Shown here in pieces: positions 15,309 to 29,400 of a stretch of DNA of 64,000 nt (positions are counted from its first letter, which is position 1; every line of letters starts with the position of its first letter). Made by a program: the position numbers and the translations under genes. The notes beneath the pieces are model-generated. The model ran no database searches and was not told the origin of the DNA. It saw nothing but the letters and a program-made list of their open reading frames with translations. This stretch comes from Eledone cirrhosa (lineage: Eukaryota), in contig OZ024741.1 of NCBI GenBank assembly GCA_964016885.1, forward strand, positions 54,374,001 through 54,438,000, read 5' to 3'.

Positions 15309-15609
15309 TTTGTGTGTGTGTGTGTTTGTGTGTGTGCGTGTGTGTGTATGTATATATATCCAAAACGGCTGACAGTATATGCATGTGCGTCTTCCCCCTT
15401 TTTTCTCATTTGTTCCTGTTCCTTCCTCTTCTCCCTCTGTATGTTTCTATTTTATATTTTATTTCTACTCTATCTTCTGATTACAAACTGGTGTCTAAAC
15501 CGGTAAGACACTTTTCTTGGTATTTCAAGCGTTAAACTAATATATTTCTTCAATGTACTGTGCCGTTTCCTTTGTTATTTCTGTTTACGACTTTTTACAC
15601 ACACACGGG

Positions 15610-15695
<86 letters not shown>

Positions 15696-15696
<1 letters not shown>

Positions 15697-15782
15697 TCTA
15701 TGGACTTACTTTTTATATATTGCTCTGATTATTAATTACTTAATTAACTCATCATTGAGCCACACCGTGAATGGTTTCCAAA

Positions 15783-15818
<36 letters not shown>

Positions 15819-16802
15819 TTTGTCTAGTTTATATGTATGTACTCTTTAAATTTTATATACTGCCGTAAGGTTGAGTAAAACTTTAGACAGTATTCGGCTG
15901 CGCTTTCTAGAAACCAGCCTACTCGCCGACAGCAGCAATCACAAACTTTCTGCCTTGACCACTAGCCACGTGATGATTCTTAGCCATTTTGAATTGTTTT
16001 CTGGCGGTGATCATGTAAGAAAAATATTTGTCCAATTGAGTTATCTCCTAATGATTTCCAACCTCGTTGATGTATCCAAGATCGGATATATCCAAAAATG
16101 GAATGAAACCGCCGGGGGTAGAGATATTTTGATTATTTTGGTATGTTTATGTACATTTTTTTTCTACTTTTGATTTTGTACATAATTATGTATGGTTAAC
16201 TATATGTCTAGTCAATTTCTACAGGCTATCAGAAATACTAGGTAAATTTTCTGTAGCTATGAGTCGCGGATAAAAAGCTATATCATTTATCTATTGCTTC
16301 TTCATAAGTATATTTTAAACTTATAGCCTCGGTTAAATGATTTTTTTGTGGTTGATTTATGCTGATTGGGAGAAGAAATACTGTAAATATTTTATGTAAT
16401 GGTTCTATGCACTTACTTTTTATATATTGCTCTGATTATTAATTACTTAATTAATTCGTCATTGAGCCACACCGTGAATGGTTGCCAAAAACATATGTAT
16501 ATGGCTTTGTCTAGTTTATATGTATGTACCCTTTAAATTTTATATACTCCCGTAAGGTTGAGTAAAACTTTAGGCAGTATTCGGCTACGCTTTTTAGAAA
16601 TCAGCCTACTCGCCGACAGGCAGCAATCACAAACTTTCTGCCTTGACCACTAGCCACGTGATGATTCTTAGCCATTTTGAATTCGTTTCTGGCGGTGATC
16701 ATGTAAGAAATATCTTTGTCCAATTGAGTTATCTCCTGATGATTTCCAACCTCGTTGATTTATCCAAGATCGGATATATCCAAAAATGGAATGAAACCGC
16801 CG
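15696..16802 (+). mobile_element. Partial tandem (~1.6 units, ~690-bp period) hammerhead-bearing retrozyme-like element
   Basis: 15696-16113 is repeated at ~16403-16802. HHR: tatctc CT(A/G)ATGA t-ttcca...tggaa-t GAAA ccgccggggg TA gagata at 16042-16126; second core CTGATGA at 16736, truncated at 16802. Confidence 0.75.
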
Positions 16803-17306
16803 TTTATTTTAAAACGTTTTGAAGACCATTCGCTATGAGTTTTAAAGTAGTGACTATGTCACTTACTTTGTCTCAGCAAAAATAAAGGGAAGCAACCGGC
16901 AGCTATTTTTTAAATAAACATACAATATATTATCAAATATACTATACATTCGTTCATACATACATCGCTATTGCAGAGCACTGATACTAATTTCTAATTT
17001 TTGCTGGACTGGCAACTGCTCTGCTTAATCAGCCCTTAAACATCACTGGGTTTCTATAAGAATCCAGCTTCGATAAGTCTCGGCAGAAGCGAAGTGATAA
17101 GCTATCTTGTTAACCGTTAAACAAACAAGAAACAGCTGTCGGTTGGTTCCCTTTATTTTTGCCGAGACAAAGTAAGTGACATAGTCACTACTTTAAAACT
17201 CATAGCGAATGGTTTGCAAGATGTTTTTAAATAAACATACAGTATATTATCGAATATACTATACATACATTCATACATACATCGCTATTACAGAGCACTG
17301 ATACTA

Positions 17307-17308
<2 letters not shown>
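16802..17308. mobile_element. Older copy of the 9097-9642 family: inverted fragment plus ~1.25 circularly permuted monomers
   Basis: 16802-16905 is inverted relative to ~17130-17237; ttttaaataaacatac...gagcactgatactaat occurs at ~16908 and ~17225; HHR relic gaaa cagctg tc ggtt. Confidence 0.7.
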
Positions 17309-17353
<45 letters not shown>

Positions 17354-17382
17354 AACGTACATATATAGTGATTGATAGATAG

Positions 17383-17462
<80 letters not shown>

Positions 17463-17838
17463 CTATCTATCTATCTCTCTATATGTACGTTTATATATTG
17501 ATAGATTGGTTGATTGATGTCACATTAAATGCTAGGAAAGTACTTTTAGGTGTTTTACAGATTTACGTTTTGTTTACCTTATATTTTAACTGATAACATA
17601 TAGATTATATGTGAAGTGTTCGTAGTAATTATAAATGCTATGAAGGTTACTGAGAGACTCCAGTTTAGATATCAAACAATAGTCGCTGTTGAATTCATGT
17701 GGCTGTGGCCGGAAGACCGTCGTAGGAGACTGTGTATATATAGAGGAGTATATATGAGAAAGCAAGGGTTCTATACAGGGTAATCAATATTTCTTGTAAA
17801 AAGAAAGTAACTCTCATTTGTTCATTATTAAATTACAA

Positions 17839-18260
17839 GGGCGGTGAATTGGCAGTATCGGTATAGAGTCGACGCCATACTTTCCAGTATACTTCCGACC
17901 CTCTACGGTCTGAGTTCAAATCCCGTCGAGGTTAACTTTGCCTTTCATCCTTACGGTGCCGATAAAATAATGCACCAGTAATGCACTGGGTAATTGCTGG
18001 CCTTGTACCAAAAGTAGAAACAATTATTAGATTACACTAGGGCGGTGGATTGGGAGTATTGGTAGAGCGTCAAACCCGCTGCTTCGCGGCATAGAATTAC
18101 GGCCCTTTACGTTCAGAGTTCAAATCCAGCCGAGTTTAGCTTTGTCTTTCATCCTTACGCGGTTTATAAAATAAAATACCAGTCATGCACTGGTGTCGAT
18201 TTAATCGACTTTCGCCTACCCCAAAATTGCTGGCCTTGTGTTTTAAAGAGAAACTCTTAT
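17839..18260 (+). mobile_element. Two tandem tRNA-derived SINEs (Meta-domain-like)
   Basis: Heads gggcggtg..ttggcagtatcggta (A box) and gagttcaaatcc (B box); body ctttcatccttacgg.gtcgataaaat; copies at ~17839-18028 and ~18040-18260. Confidence 0.85.
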
Positions 18261-18544
18261 TAATTTACACTCTACGTGCCGTGGATCACAGAATCCTCCG
18301 AACGTCGAACAAATGCCAAGCAGTATTTGTTTTAGTTCTTTACTAATGACTCTATCAATTCGCCACCTTTCATTTATATAAGTATCTAAGTATGTATGGA
18401 CCTGTAATTCGAGAATTTCTTGACCGTTTTAAAGTTCAACCCCTTTCCATCTCTGAACACAGCCGATTTCGTAAAGAGAATGGAAGAAATTGCTAAAAAG
18501 GAAGTGAGAAAGAGATAGAGCAGAAGAATCAATCGCAGTATAGG

Positions 18545-18690
18545 AATTATATTTTTATTATCGACCTCGCAAGGACACAAGGCAAAGTCGACATTTGCGG
18601 GTTTTGAAATCAGAGAGTGCCAACAGCCGGAACGAATGTGGCAAAACACCCTATTCGACGTTATATTACTCAGCCAATTCGCCACATTCC
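18545..18690 (-). mobile_element. Degenerate SINE copy
   Basis: ttattatcgacctcgcaagga...aaggcaaagtcgac...gccaattcgccac. Confidence 0.55.
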
Positions 18691-19122
18691 ATCTTTTTAA
18701 GCAAAGTTGTATAACAACATTCATGTCCACTTCTTATCTCTCATCACAGCAAATAAATTTAACCAGTCTTCCGAACACAATATTGTTATAGACAATTAAC
18801 GCAGCTAACAAAATAGCTAACTTTCATGACAGAACATGAAAGGTTTTTCTGTATTACTAGCGTGAGGGAACTGAGTCTATTGGTTTACTGGTGTGATTGA
18901 CATAAACAATTTACGCAGCGTCCAGCAAAGACTTAACGGCTGTTTTTCATTTGTAAAAAAGGTTTTAAACTACTTACTCGGACTTACCCGTGTCTATTGA
19001 AGACCAACACAAGACAGTAAAGACACACATACACACACATACAGACACATATACATATATATACATATATATTTATATATATACATATATATTTACATAT
19101 ATACATATATATATATATATTC

Positions 19123-19245
19123 GTGAAGGCGTGTGGCTGAATGGTTAGAGAATTGGATTCGCAATCGTAAGATTGTGAATTCGATTCCTGGACCAGGCGA
19201 TGCGTTATGTCCTTGAGCAAGACACTTTATTTCACGTTGCTCCTT
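19123..19245 (+). mobile_element. tRNA-headed CORE-like SINE, 5' part
   Basis: gtggctgaatggttagag (A box), gaattcgattcc (B box), gtccttgagcaagacact (CORE-like). Confidence 0.7.
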
Positions 19246-19339
19246 CTACCTGGAGTTGCAACCGATAGATAGTATTAGCAATTGGAAAGACCAACGGAAA
19301 CATTGTTCCCTCGGTCCGATTTGACGAAAGTCGATCGTT

Positions 19340-19376
<37 letters not shown>

Positions 19377-19394
19377 TGCTCCGGACATAACACC

Positions 19395-19485
19395 CGTGTC
19401 TGAAAGAACCCGCATAAGTAGAATCAGCCAGATCCATACAATGACCATGACTCGAGCTACATGCCGGCGAAACATTTGTAACACG
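19395..19485 (+). ncRNA. Hammerhead relic with long stem II insert
   Basis: cgtgt CTGAAAGA acccgcat...atgccggc GAAA catttg TA acacg; 5-bp stem I; extra A in core; element lies between (TA)n tracts. Confidence 0.6.
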
Positions 19486-19612
19486 AAATAAACTAAGTCC
19501 AGATGCATCACTGATTTTTCGTTTTCTTTATATTATCTACACTCTACTCTGATGAATATCGAGTGCTAATTTTGGCATACCGCCTACGGAAGCACCATAG
19601 CTACCACTATAC

Positions 19613-19674
<62 letters not shown>

Positions 19675-19679
<5 letters not shown>

Positions 19680-19722
19680 TACAATTAGCAGTTGAAAATT
19701 GCGAACAAATATCCTCCGCACC

Positions 19723-19816
<94 letters not shown>

Positions 19817-19960
19817 GGCGCGGACGATATTTGTTCGCAATTTTCAACTGCTAATTGTATGCAAACATTTCTTCAGATTGTAATGGTTAAAAAAATCTGT
19901 CAGAAATATTCAAAATTTCACAATATGTTTATTTACTAAACTTTATTTTATTCATTGCCA
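19675..19960. mobile_element. Tc1/mariner-like termini arranged back-to-back around a (TA)n tract
   Basis: ...gcgaacaaatatcctccgcaccctg-(TA)n-cagggcgcggacgatatttgttcgc...; TA-CAGGG termini; ~50-bp inverted arms. Confidence 0.55.
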
Positions 19961-19984
19961 ATATATATATATATATATATATGT

Positions 19985-20065
<81 letters not shown>

Positions 20066-20067
20066 CG

Positions 20068-20121
<54 letters not shown>

Positions 20122-20574
20122 TGTGTGTTTGTGTGTGTGTGTGTGTGCGTGTGCGCATGTGTGTGTGTATGTGTGTGTGTGGGAGTATTTGTGTGTATGT
20201 GCGCACGCGTGTGTGTATGTGCATGTGCGTATGTGTGTGTATGTATGTGTGCATGTGTATATATATATTCCAATACCACTTTGACCACCTGCTGACTCCA
20301 ATTTAATCCGCCGTGACCAACCTCTGAACTTTCCCCAAACTCTCCCCTCTTCCTACCCAATTTTCTCCTGATGAAGGGCTTATGCCCGAATCGTCCGCCC
20401 CCCACTCTCAAAAGCGTGAACCTAATATACTATTATTTGTACTGCCACTCTATTTTTGTTCCCGTCTAAGTTTTAACTATATATGTATAATGATAATAAT
20501 GATGATAATAATAATTAGGGAACAAAGAATCAGTGTTGCATCATATACATATTTAATCACATATTACACATGTT

Positions 20575-20832
20575 TCACTGCTGATCAGCTCGAGGAACGA
20601 TCGATATTCTGACTTTGGAATCGAAAGCTCCTCAGATATGTGTTTTCACATGTTGATTCACGTCCAAATGTAAAATACCCCATCCCAGTTAAACCTAAAG
20701 AATCTACCCCACTCAAATCCTTTTCATGCCAAAAAAAACACATTTTCACGTGAGTCAACATATCTGAGGAGCTTTCGATTCCAGATTCAGGATCGAACAT
20801 TATCGATCATTCATCAAGCTGATCAGCAATGT
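20575..20832. repeat. Inverted repeat of the hammerhead family seen at 58445-58730 (5' half of HHR)
   Basis: gctgatcagct...ggaatcgaaagctcctcagatatg pairs with catatCTGAGGAgctttcgattcc...agctgatcagc. Confidence 0.7.
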
Positions 20833-21094
20833 CAGCTTTGCCTTTCATCCCATCAGTGTCGATAAAACATAGCACCATAATGCACCAGAGTCCATTTATT
20901 CGACTTACCCCAACACTTTAAATTGCTAGTCTTGTTCCAAAGGTAGAAACAATAATGCTAGAAAAATCATTTTTTACTGAGCATTTTGTGTTAAAATGCA
21001 TCTATAACCTACTTCACTGGTAGAAGTAATACGTTGATTGGTTTCATGCCACAATCTTTCTCCTTGGAGCCATAGAAGCAACTACAGTAATAAT

Positions 21095-21279
21095 TGTTTC
21101 TACTTTAGGCACAAGGCCAGCAATTACCCAGTGCATTACGGGTACTTTATTTTATCGACCCCGTAAGGATGAAAGGCAAAGTCAACTTCGGCGGGATTTG
21201 AACTCAGATCGTAAAGGGACGTAACTATGCTGGAAAGCATGGCGTCAGACCCTCTACCGATACTGCCAATCCACCGCCC
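21095..21279 (-). mobile_element. Full-length tRNA-derived SINE with 19-bp TSD
   Basis: TSD aagcaactacagtaataat at 21076-21094 and 21280-21298; A and B boxes on the minus strand. Confidence 0.92.
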
Positions 21280-22755
21280 AAGCAACTACAGTAATAATAG
21301 TAAGGGGAGAGTTACTCTTGCCAAATACTCAAACAGAAGATAAACCAAATAAATAAACTGAAAAGTATTTCAGATTTAAGATATTTCGCAAAGCGAAATG
21401 TTATTCCCGTTACTGGGACTGCAGTAATTTAAGTAGACTATGAGAATAAAAAAAAAATACCGTAAAAGTGTGTCCGTCCAGCTGTATTGATAACTTACAT
21501 TGTTGAGTTCTGAAGTTATCGTCCTTTCAGCATCTTCAGCAGTCTCATAAATATATGTTACTGTAATCTAACTGAGAGGTATAACTTTGAGAATAGGTTC
21601 GGAGATTTCATAACAGATTTTTATGATTTCCTTTTCAGCTGCTATAATAATATTCTTTCCAATTGCTTGTGACATTATTTCTTTTTAAAAGATATTATGT
21701 AAAAGTAATTGATTCCGTCTTTACATATAACATGGTGACGTAAGGGAAGGCATTAAAGTTAACCGTTTTACTCATTTTTCATTCATTGTCTAAAAAATTT
21801 GAAAATGTTTCAACATATATTTAGAAACGATAAGCGGAATCTGAAATCTATTAGAAAACTAGTAGAAATTTCATCAATTTTTTTCTTTCTTTATATATTT
21901 TTTTTTTTACTCTATAAAATAATCTAAATATATATATATATAAAGGTGTTTTCTATTTATAGTGAAATTTATTTGTTGTAATCACCTCATGTCAATGGAT
22001 CCATTTTACATAAAAGCTGCACTGGCGAAAATACGAGGAGATACGAATATATTTAGGATTTGCAGTTTAGTGCCTTTTGAATGCTATGCCAAAAATATGC
22101 AAAACAATTTATTTCAACCCTTGTTCATTGTAACCAGGTTGCATTTTTGTCTGTGTTTTACTGTGTACATGCAGGAGACATTGTTATCTTTTATATGAAA
22201 AGGAAATGAACCATAAACTTATATGAAAAAGAAATGAATCATAAACTTAAACTAAGTATGAAGAAATAATTTTATATCGGTGATTTGGTTTGATTGTTCG
22301 TACAATGAATAAGTATTTGTTATTACATTGATGAGGCGAGCTTTTTGATATTTATTTTGATAATTCACAAAATATAATGACTTAAAAATAAGGTTCTAAT
22401 GCAAGTTTCATTACATTGCAGGTTCAGTGCTGGTTTTGTTAGCGAGTGGTAAAGTCGCTGGTTTTCGTCAGGTTCTAATCGTTGTTATGAAATTACAGAA
22501 AAAAAAAAAAAGTTTCTTCATTTTGCTTTCTAAAGCCTGAATGGATTCGTTATTTCATGAATTTAAATATGGATTTAATTCACATAGGATTATTGGAGAA
22601 TAGTTTGTAAGATGGAACAACCTAATACACACACGCACACATACACACATACACACACACGCACACACACACATACACATATATATATATATATATGTGT
22701 GTCTGTGTATGTGCATATATATATATATATATGTGTGTGTGTATGTGTGTGTGTA

Positions 22756-22807
<52 letters not shown>

Positions 22808-23024
22808 AGAATAACATTAACAAATAAGCTGATATTACATAAATCGTTTATTCATTATAATTATTTCAATGGTTCCCTTATACAATCCACGATGTAACGT
22901 GTGCACTTGTTGTTGGCGTGGAAACGGTATCTTCAGAAGAAACTCCGATTATGTGGTGCGCTGCAGGGGAAAACAAACATGTCCTTCGGGTGGGAAACAG
23001 ACGCTTTATTCCAGAGATAGTTAG

Positions 23025-23112
<88 letters not shown>

Positions 23113-23499
23113 GGGAGAGGGAGAGAGCTAAAGACAGTTAGTGAAAGAGATATATAGATGAAGGATCGATTCAATTAATGGATTGGCATTTTTTTTTTTT
23201 AGCGACCATAAAATGAACATTAGAATAAAGCACTGCAACGTACGCCCACTGAAAGCAAGAATCTTGAAAAGAAAAACATTCAATAAACCTCGTCAAAATG
23301 CATTTGAAAAACATTGGTAAAAACAACACACTTAAACATCGCATGACATATATTGATATAACCAGCTAGCAAACGGTTTCAATACACCACATACACTGAC
23401 ATAAACCATCCAGAAAAAATAATCCAATAAACCAACCAATATAATATCGAAATGAATTATTAAAACTATGTTGTCATAACATACTCCTAAAATGTTCCG

Positions 23500-26400
23500 A
23501 TAACTCTCTAGAAATCTATTGTCATAACATTGTACCGAAGTATTGTATTACATCACTAGAAATACATTTTCATAGCAGAATAATAATCTATTCCAGTATT
23601 GTTATAGCAGAGCACCAATTTAGTTCAGTACACCACTACAAATACATTGTCATAGCAGAGCATCTAATTATTTAAGTGCACCACTGCAAATACATTGCCA
23701 TAGCAGTGCACCAATCTATTCTGGTACATCACTACAAATACATTGCCATAGCAGTCCACCAATCTATTCTAGTACATCACTACAAATACATTGCCATAAC
23801 AGTGCACCAATCTATTCTAGTACATCACTACAAATACAATGTCATAGCAGTGCACCAATCTATTCTGGTACATCACTACAAATACAATGTCATAACAGTG
23901 CACCAATCTATTCTAGTACATCACTACAAATACAATGTCATAACAGTGCACCAATCTATTCTAGTACATCACTACAAATACATTGTCATAACAGTGCACC
24001 AATCTATTCTGGTACATCACTACAAATACAATGTCATAACAGTGCACCAATATATTCTGGTACATCACTACAAATACATTGCCATAGCAGTGCACCAATC
24101 TATTCTAGTACATCACTACAAATACAATGTCATAACAGTGCACCAATATATTCTAGTACATCACTACGAATACATTGCCATAGCAGTGCACCAATCTATT
24201 CTGGTACATCACTACAAATACAATGTCATAACAGTGCACCAATATATTCTAGTACATCACTACAAATACATTGCCATAGCAGTGCACCAATCTATTCTGG
24301 TACATCACTACAAATACAATGTCATAGCAGTGCACCAATCTATTCTAGTACATCACTACAAATACAATGTCATAACAGTGCACCAATCTATTCTAGTACA
24401 TCACTACAAATACATTGCCATAGCAGTGCACCAATCTATTCTAGTACATCACTACAAATACATTGCCATAGCAGTGCACCAATATATTCTAGTATATCAC
24501 TACAAATACATTGCCATAGCAGTGCACCAATATATTCTAGTACATCACTACAAATACAATGTCATAACAGTGCACCAATCTATTCTAGTACATCACTACA
24601 AATACATTGCCATAGCAGTGCACCAATATATTCTAGTACATCACTACAAATACAATGTCATAACAGTGCACCAATATATTCTAGTATATCACTACAAATA
24701 CAATATCATAGCAGTGCACCAATCTATTCTGGTACATCACTACAAATACAATGTCATAACAGTGCACCAATCTATTCTAGTACATCACTACAAATACATT
24801 GCCATAGCAGTCCACCAATCTATTCTAGTACATCACTACAAATACAATGTCATAGCAGTGCACCAATCTATTCTGGTACATCACTACAAATAAAATGTCA
24901 TAACAGTGCACCAATCTATTCTAGTACATCACTACAAATACATTGCCATAGCAGTCCACCAATCTATTCTAGTACATCACTACAAATACAATGTCATAGC
25001 AGTGCACCAATCTATTCTGGTACATCACTACAAATACAATGTCATAACAGTGCACCAATCTATTCTAGTACATCACTACAAATACATTGTCATAGCAGTG
25101 CACCAATCTATTCTGGTACATCACTACAAATACAATGTCATAGCAGTGCACCAATCTATTCTGGTACATCACTACAAATACAATGTCATAACAGTGCACC
25201 AATCTATTCTAGTACATCACTACAAATACATTGCCATAGCAGTCCACCAATCTATTCTGGTACATCACTACAAATACAATGTCATAACAGTGCACCAATC
25301 TATTCTAGTACATCACTACAAATACATTGTCATAACAGTGCACCAATATATTCTAGTACATCACTACAAATACAATGTCATAACAGTGCACCAATCTATT
25401 CTGGTACATCACTACAAATACAATGTCATAGCAGTCCACCAATCTATTCTAGTACATCACTACAAATACAATGTCATAGCAGTGCACCAATCTATTCTGG
25501 TACATCACTACAAATACAATGTCATAGCAGTGCACCAATCTATTCTGGTACATCACTACAAATACATTGTCATAACAGTGCACCAATCTATTCTAGTACA
25601 TCACTACAAATACATTGCCATAGCAGTCCACCAATCTATTCTGGTACATCACTACAAATACAATGTCATAGCAGTCCACCAATCTATTCTGGTACATCAC
25701 TACAAATACATTGCCATAGCAGTGCACCAATCTATTCTAGTACATCACTACAAATACAATGTCATAACAGTGCACCAATCTATTCTGGTACATCACTACA
25801 ACTACATTGCCATAACAGTGCACCAATCTATTCTAGTACATCACTACAAATACATTGCCATAGCAGTGCACCAATCTATTCTAGTACATCACTATAAATA
25901 CAATGTCATAACAGTGCACCAATCTATTCTAGTACATCACTACAAATACATTGTCATAACAGTGCACCAATCTATTCTGGTACATCACTACAAATACAAT
26001 GTCATAACAGTGCACCAATCTATTCTAGTACATCACTACAAATACATTGTCATAACAGTGCACCAATCTATTCTAGTACATCACTACAAATACATTGCCA
26101 TAGCAGTGCACCAATCTATTCTAGTACATCACTACAAATACATTGCCATAGCAGTGCACCAATATATTCTAGTACATCACTACAAATACATTGTCATAGC
26201 AGTGCACCGATCTATTCTAGTACATCACTACAAATACATTGCCATAGCAGTGCACCAATATATTCTAGTACATCACTACAAATACATTGCCATAGCAGTG
26301 TACCAATATATTCTAGTACATCACTACAAATACAATGTCATAACAGTGCACCAATATATTCTAGTATATCACTACAAATACAATGTCATAGCAGTGCACC

Positions 26401-29400
26401 AATCTATTCTGGTACATCACTACAAATACAATGTCATAACAGTGCACCAATCTATTCTACTACATCACTACAAACACATTGCCATAGCAGTCCACCAATC
26501 TATTCTAGTACATCACTACAAATACAATGTCATAACAGTGCACCAATCTATTCTGGTACATCACTACAAATAAAATGTCATAACAGTGCACCAATCTATT
26601 CTAGTACATCACTACAAATACATTGCCATAGCAGTCCACCAATCTATTCTGGTACATCACTACAAATACAATGTCATAACAGTGCACCAATCTATTCTAG
26701 TACATCACTACAAATACAATGTCATAGCAGTGCACCAATCTATTCTGGTACATCACTACAAATACAATGTCATAACAGTCCACCAATCTATTCTAGTACA
26801 TCACTACAAATACAATGTCATAACAGTGCACCAATCTATTCTAGTACATCACTACAAATACATTGTCATAGCAGTGCACCAATCTATTCTGGTACATCAC
26901 TACAAATACAATGTCATAGCAGTGCACCAATCTATTCTGGTACATCACTACAAATACAATGTCATAACAGTGCACCAATCTATTCTAGTACATCACTACA
27001 AATACATTGCCATAGCAGTCCACCAATCTATTCTGGTACATCACTACAAATACAATGTCATAACAGTGCACCAATCTATTCTAGTACATCACTACAAATA
27101 CATTGTCATAACAGTGCACCAATATATTCTAGTACATCACTACAAATACAATGTCATAACAGTGCACCAATCTATTCTGGTACATCACTACAAATACAAT
27201 GTCATAGCAGTCCACCAATCTATTCTAGTACATCACTACAAATACAATGTCATAGCAGTGCACCAATCTATTCTGGTACATCACTACAAATACAATGTCA
27301 TAGCAGTGCACCAATCTATTCTGGTACATCACTACAAATACATTGTCATAACAGTGCACCAATCTATTCTAGTACATCACTACAAATACATTGCCATAGC
27401 AGTCCACCAATCTATTCTGGTACATCACTACAAATACAATGTCATAGCAGTCCACCAATCTATTCTGGTACATCACTACAAATACATTGCCATAGCAGTG
27501 CACCAATCTATTCTAGTACATCACTACAAATACAATGTCATAACAGTGCACCAATCTATTCTGGTACATCACTACAACTACATTGCCATAACAGTGCACC
27601 AATCTATTCTAGTACATCACTACAAATACATTGCCATAGCAGTGCACCAATCTATTCTAGTACATCACTATAAATACAATGTCATAACAGTGCACCAATC
27701 TATTCTAGTACATCACTACAAATACATTGTCATAACAGTGCACCAATCTATTCTGGTACATCACTACAAATACAATGTCATAACAGTGCACCAATCTATT
27801 CTAGTACATCACTACAAATACATTGTCATAACAGTGCACCAATCTATTCTAGTACATCACTACAAATACATTGCCATAGCAGTGCACCAATCTATTCTAG
27901 TACATCACTACAAATACATTGCCATAGCAGTGCACCAATATATTCTAGTACATCACTACAAATACATTGTCATAGCAGTGCACCGATCTATTCTAGTACA
28001 TCACTACAAATACATTGCCATAGCAGTGCACCAATATATTCTAGTACATCACTACAAATACATTGCCATAGCAGTGTACCAATATATTCTAGTACATCAC
28101 TACAAATACAATGTCATAACAGTGCACCAATATATTCTAGTATATCACTACAAATACAATGTCATAGCAGTGCACCAATCTATTCTGGTACATCACTACA
28201 AATACAATGTCATAACAGTGCACCAATCTATTCTACTACATCACTACAAACACATTGCCATAGCAGTCCACCAATCTATTCTAGTACATCACTACAAATA
28301 CAATGTCATAACAGTGCACCAATCTATTCTGGTACATCACTACAAATAAAATGTCATAACAGTGCACCAATCTATTCTAGTACATCACTACAAATACATT
28401 GCCATAGCAATCCACCAATCTATTCTAGTACATCACTACAAATACATTGCCATAGCAGTCCACCAATCTATTCTGGTACATCACTACAAATACAATGTCA
28501 TAACAGTGCACCAATCTATTCTAGTACATCACTACAAATACAATGTCATAGCAGTGCACCAATCTATTCTGGTACATCACTACAAATACAATGTCATAAC
28601 AGTCCACCAATCTATTCTAGTACATCACTACAAATACAATGTCATAACAGTGCACCAATCTATTCTAGTACATCACTACAAATACAATGCCATAGCAGTC
28701 CACCAATCTATTCTGGTACATCACTACAAATACAATGTCATAGCAGTGCACCAATCTATTCTAGTACATCACTACAAATACATTGCCATAACAGTGCACC
28801 AATCTATTCTAGTACATCACTACAAATACATTGTCATAACAGTGCACCAATATATTCTAGTACATCACTACAAATACATTGTCATAACAGTGCACCAATC
28901 TATTCTAGTACATCACTACAAATACAATGTCATAGCAGTGCACCAATCTATTCTGGTACATCACTACAAATACATTGCCATAGCAGTGCACCAATCTATT
29001 CTGGTACATCACTACAAATACATTGCCATAGCAGTCCACCAATCTATTCTGGTACATCACTACAAATACAATGTCATAGCAGTGCACCAATCTATTCTAG
29101 TATATCACTACAAATACATTGCCATAGCAGTGCACCAATCTATTCTGGTACATCACTACAAATACATTGCCATAGCAGTGCACCAATCTATTCTAGTACA
29201 TCACTACAAATACAATGTCATAACAGTGCACCATTCTATTCTGGTACATCACTACAAATACAATGTCATAACAGTGCACCAATCTATGCTAGTACATCAC
29301 TACAAATACATTGTCATAACAGTGCACCAATATATTCTAGTACATCACTACAAGTACAATGTCATAACAGTGCACCAATCTATTCTAGTACATCACTACA

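Noticed and set aside
22920-23005. HHR-like fragments here and at ~39005-39060, 55945-56000, 56757-56825 and 59592-59660
   Set aside because: Only half the core or one stem is present; cannot be distinguished from chance by eye.
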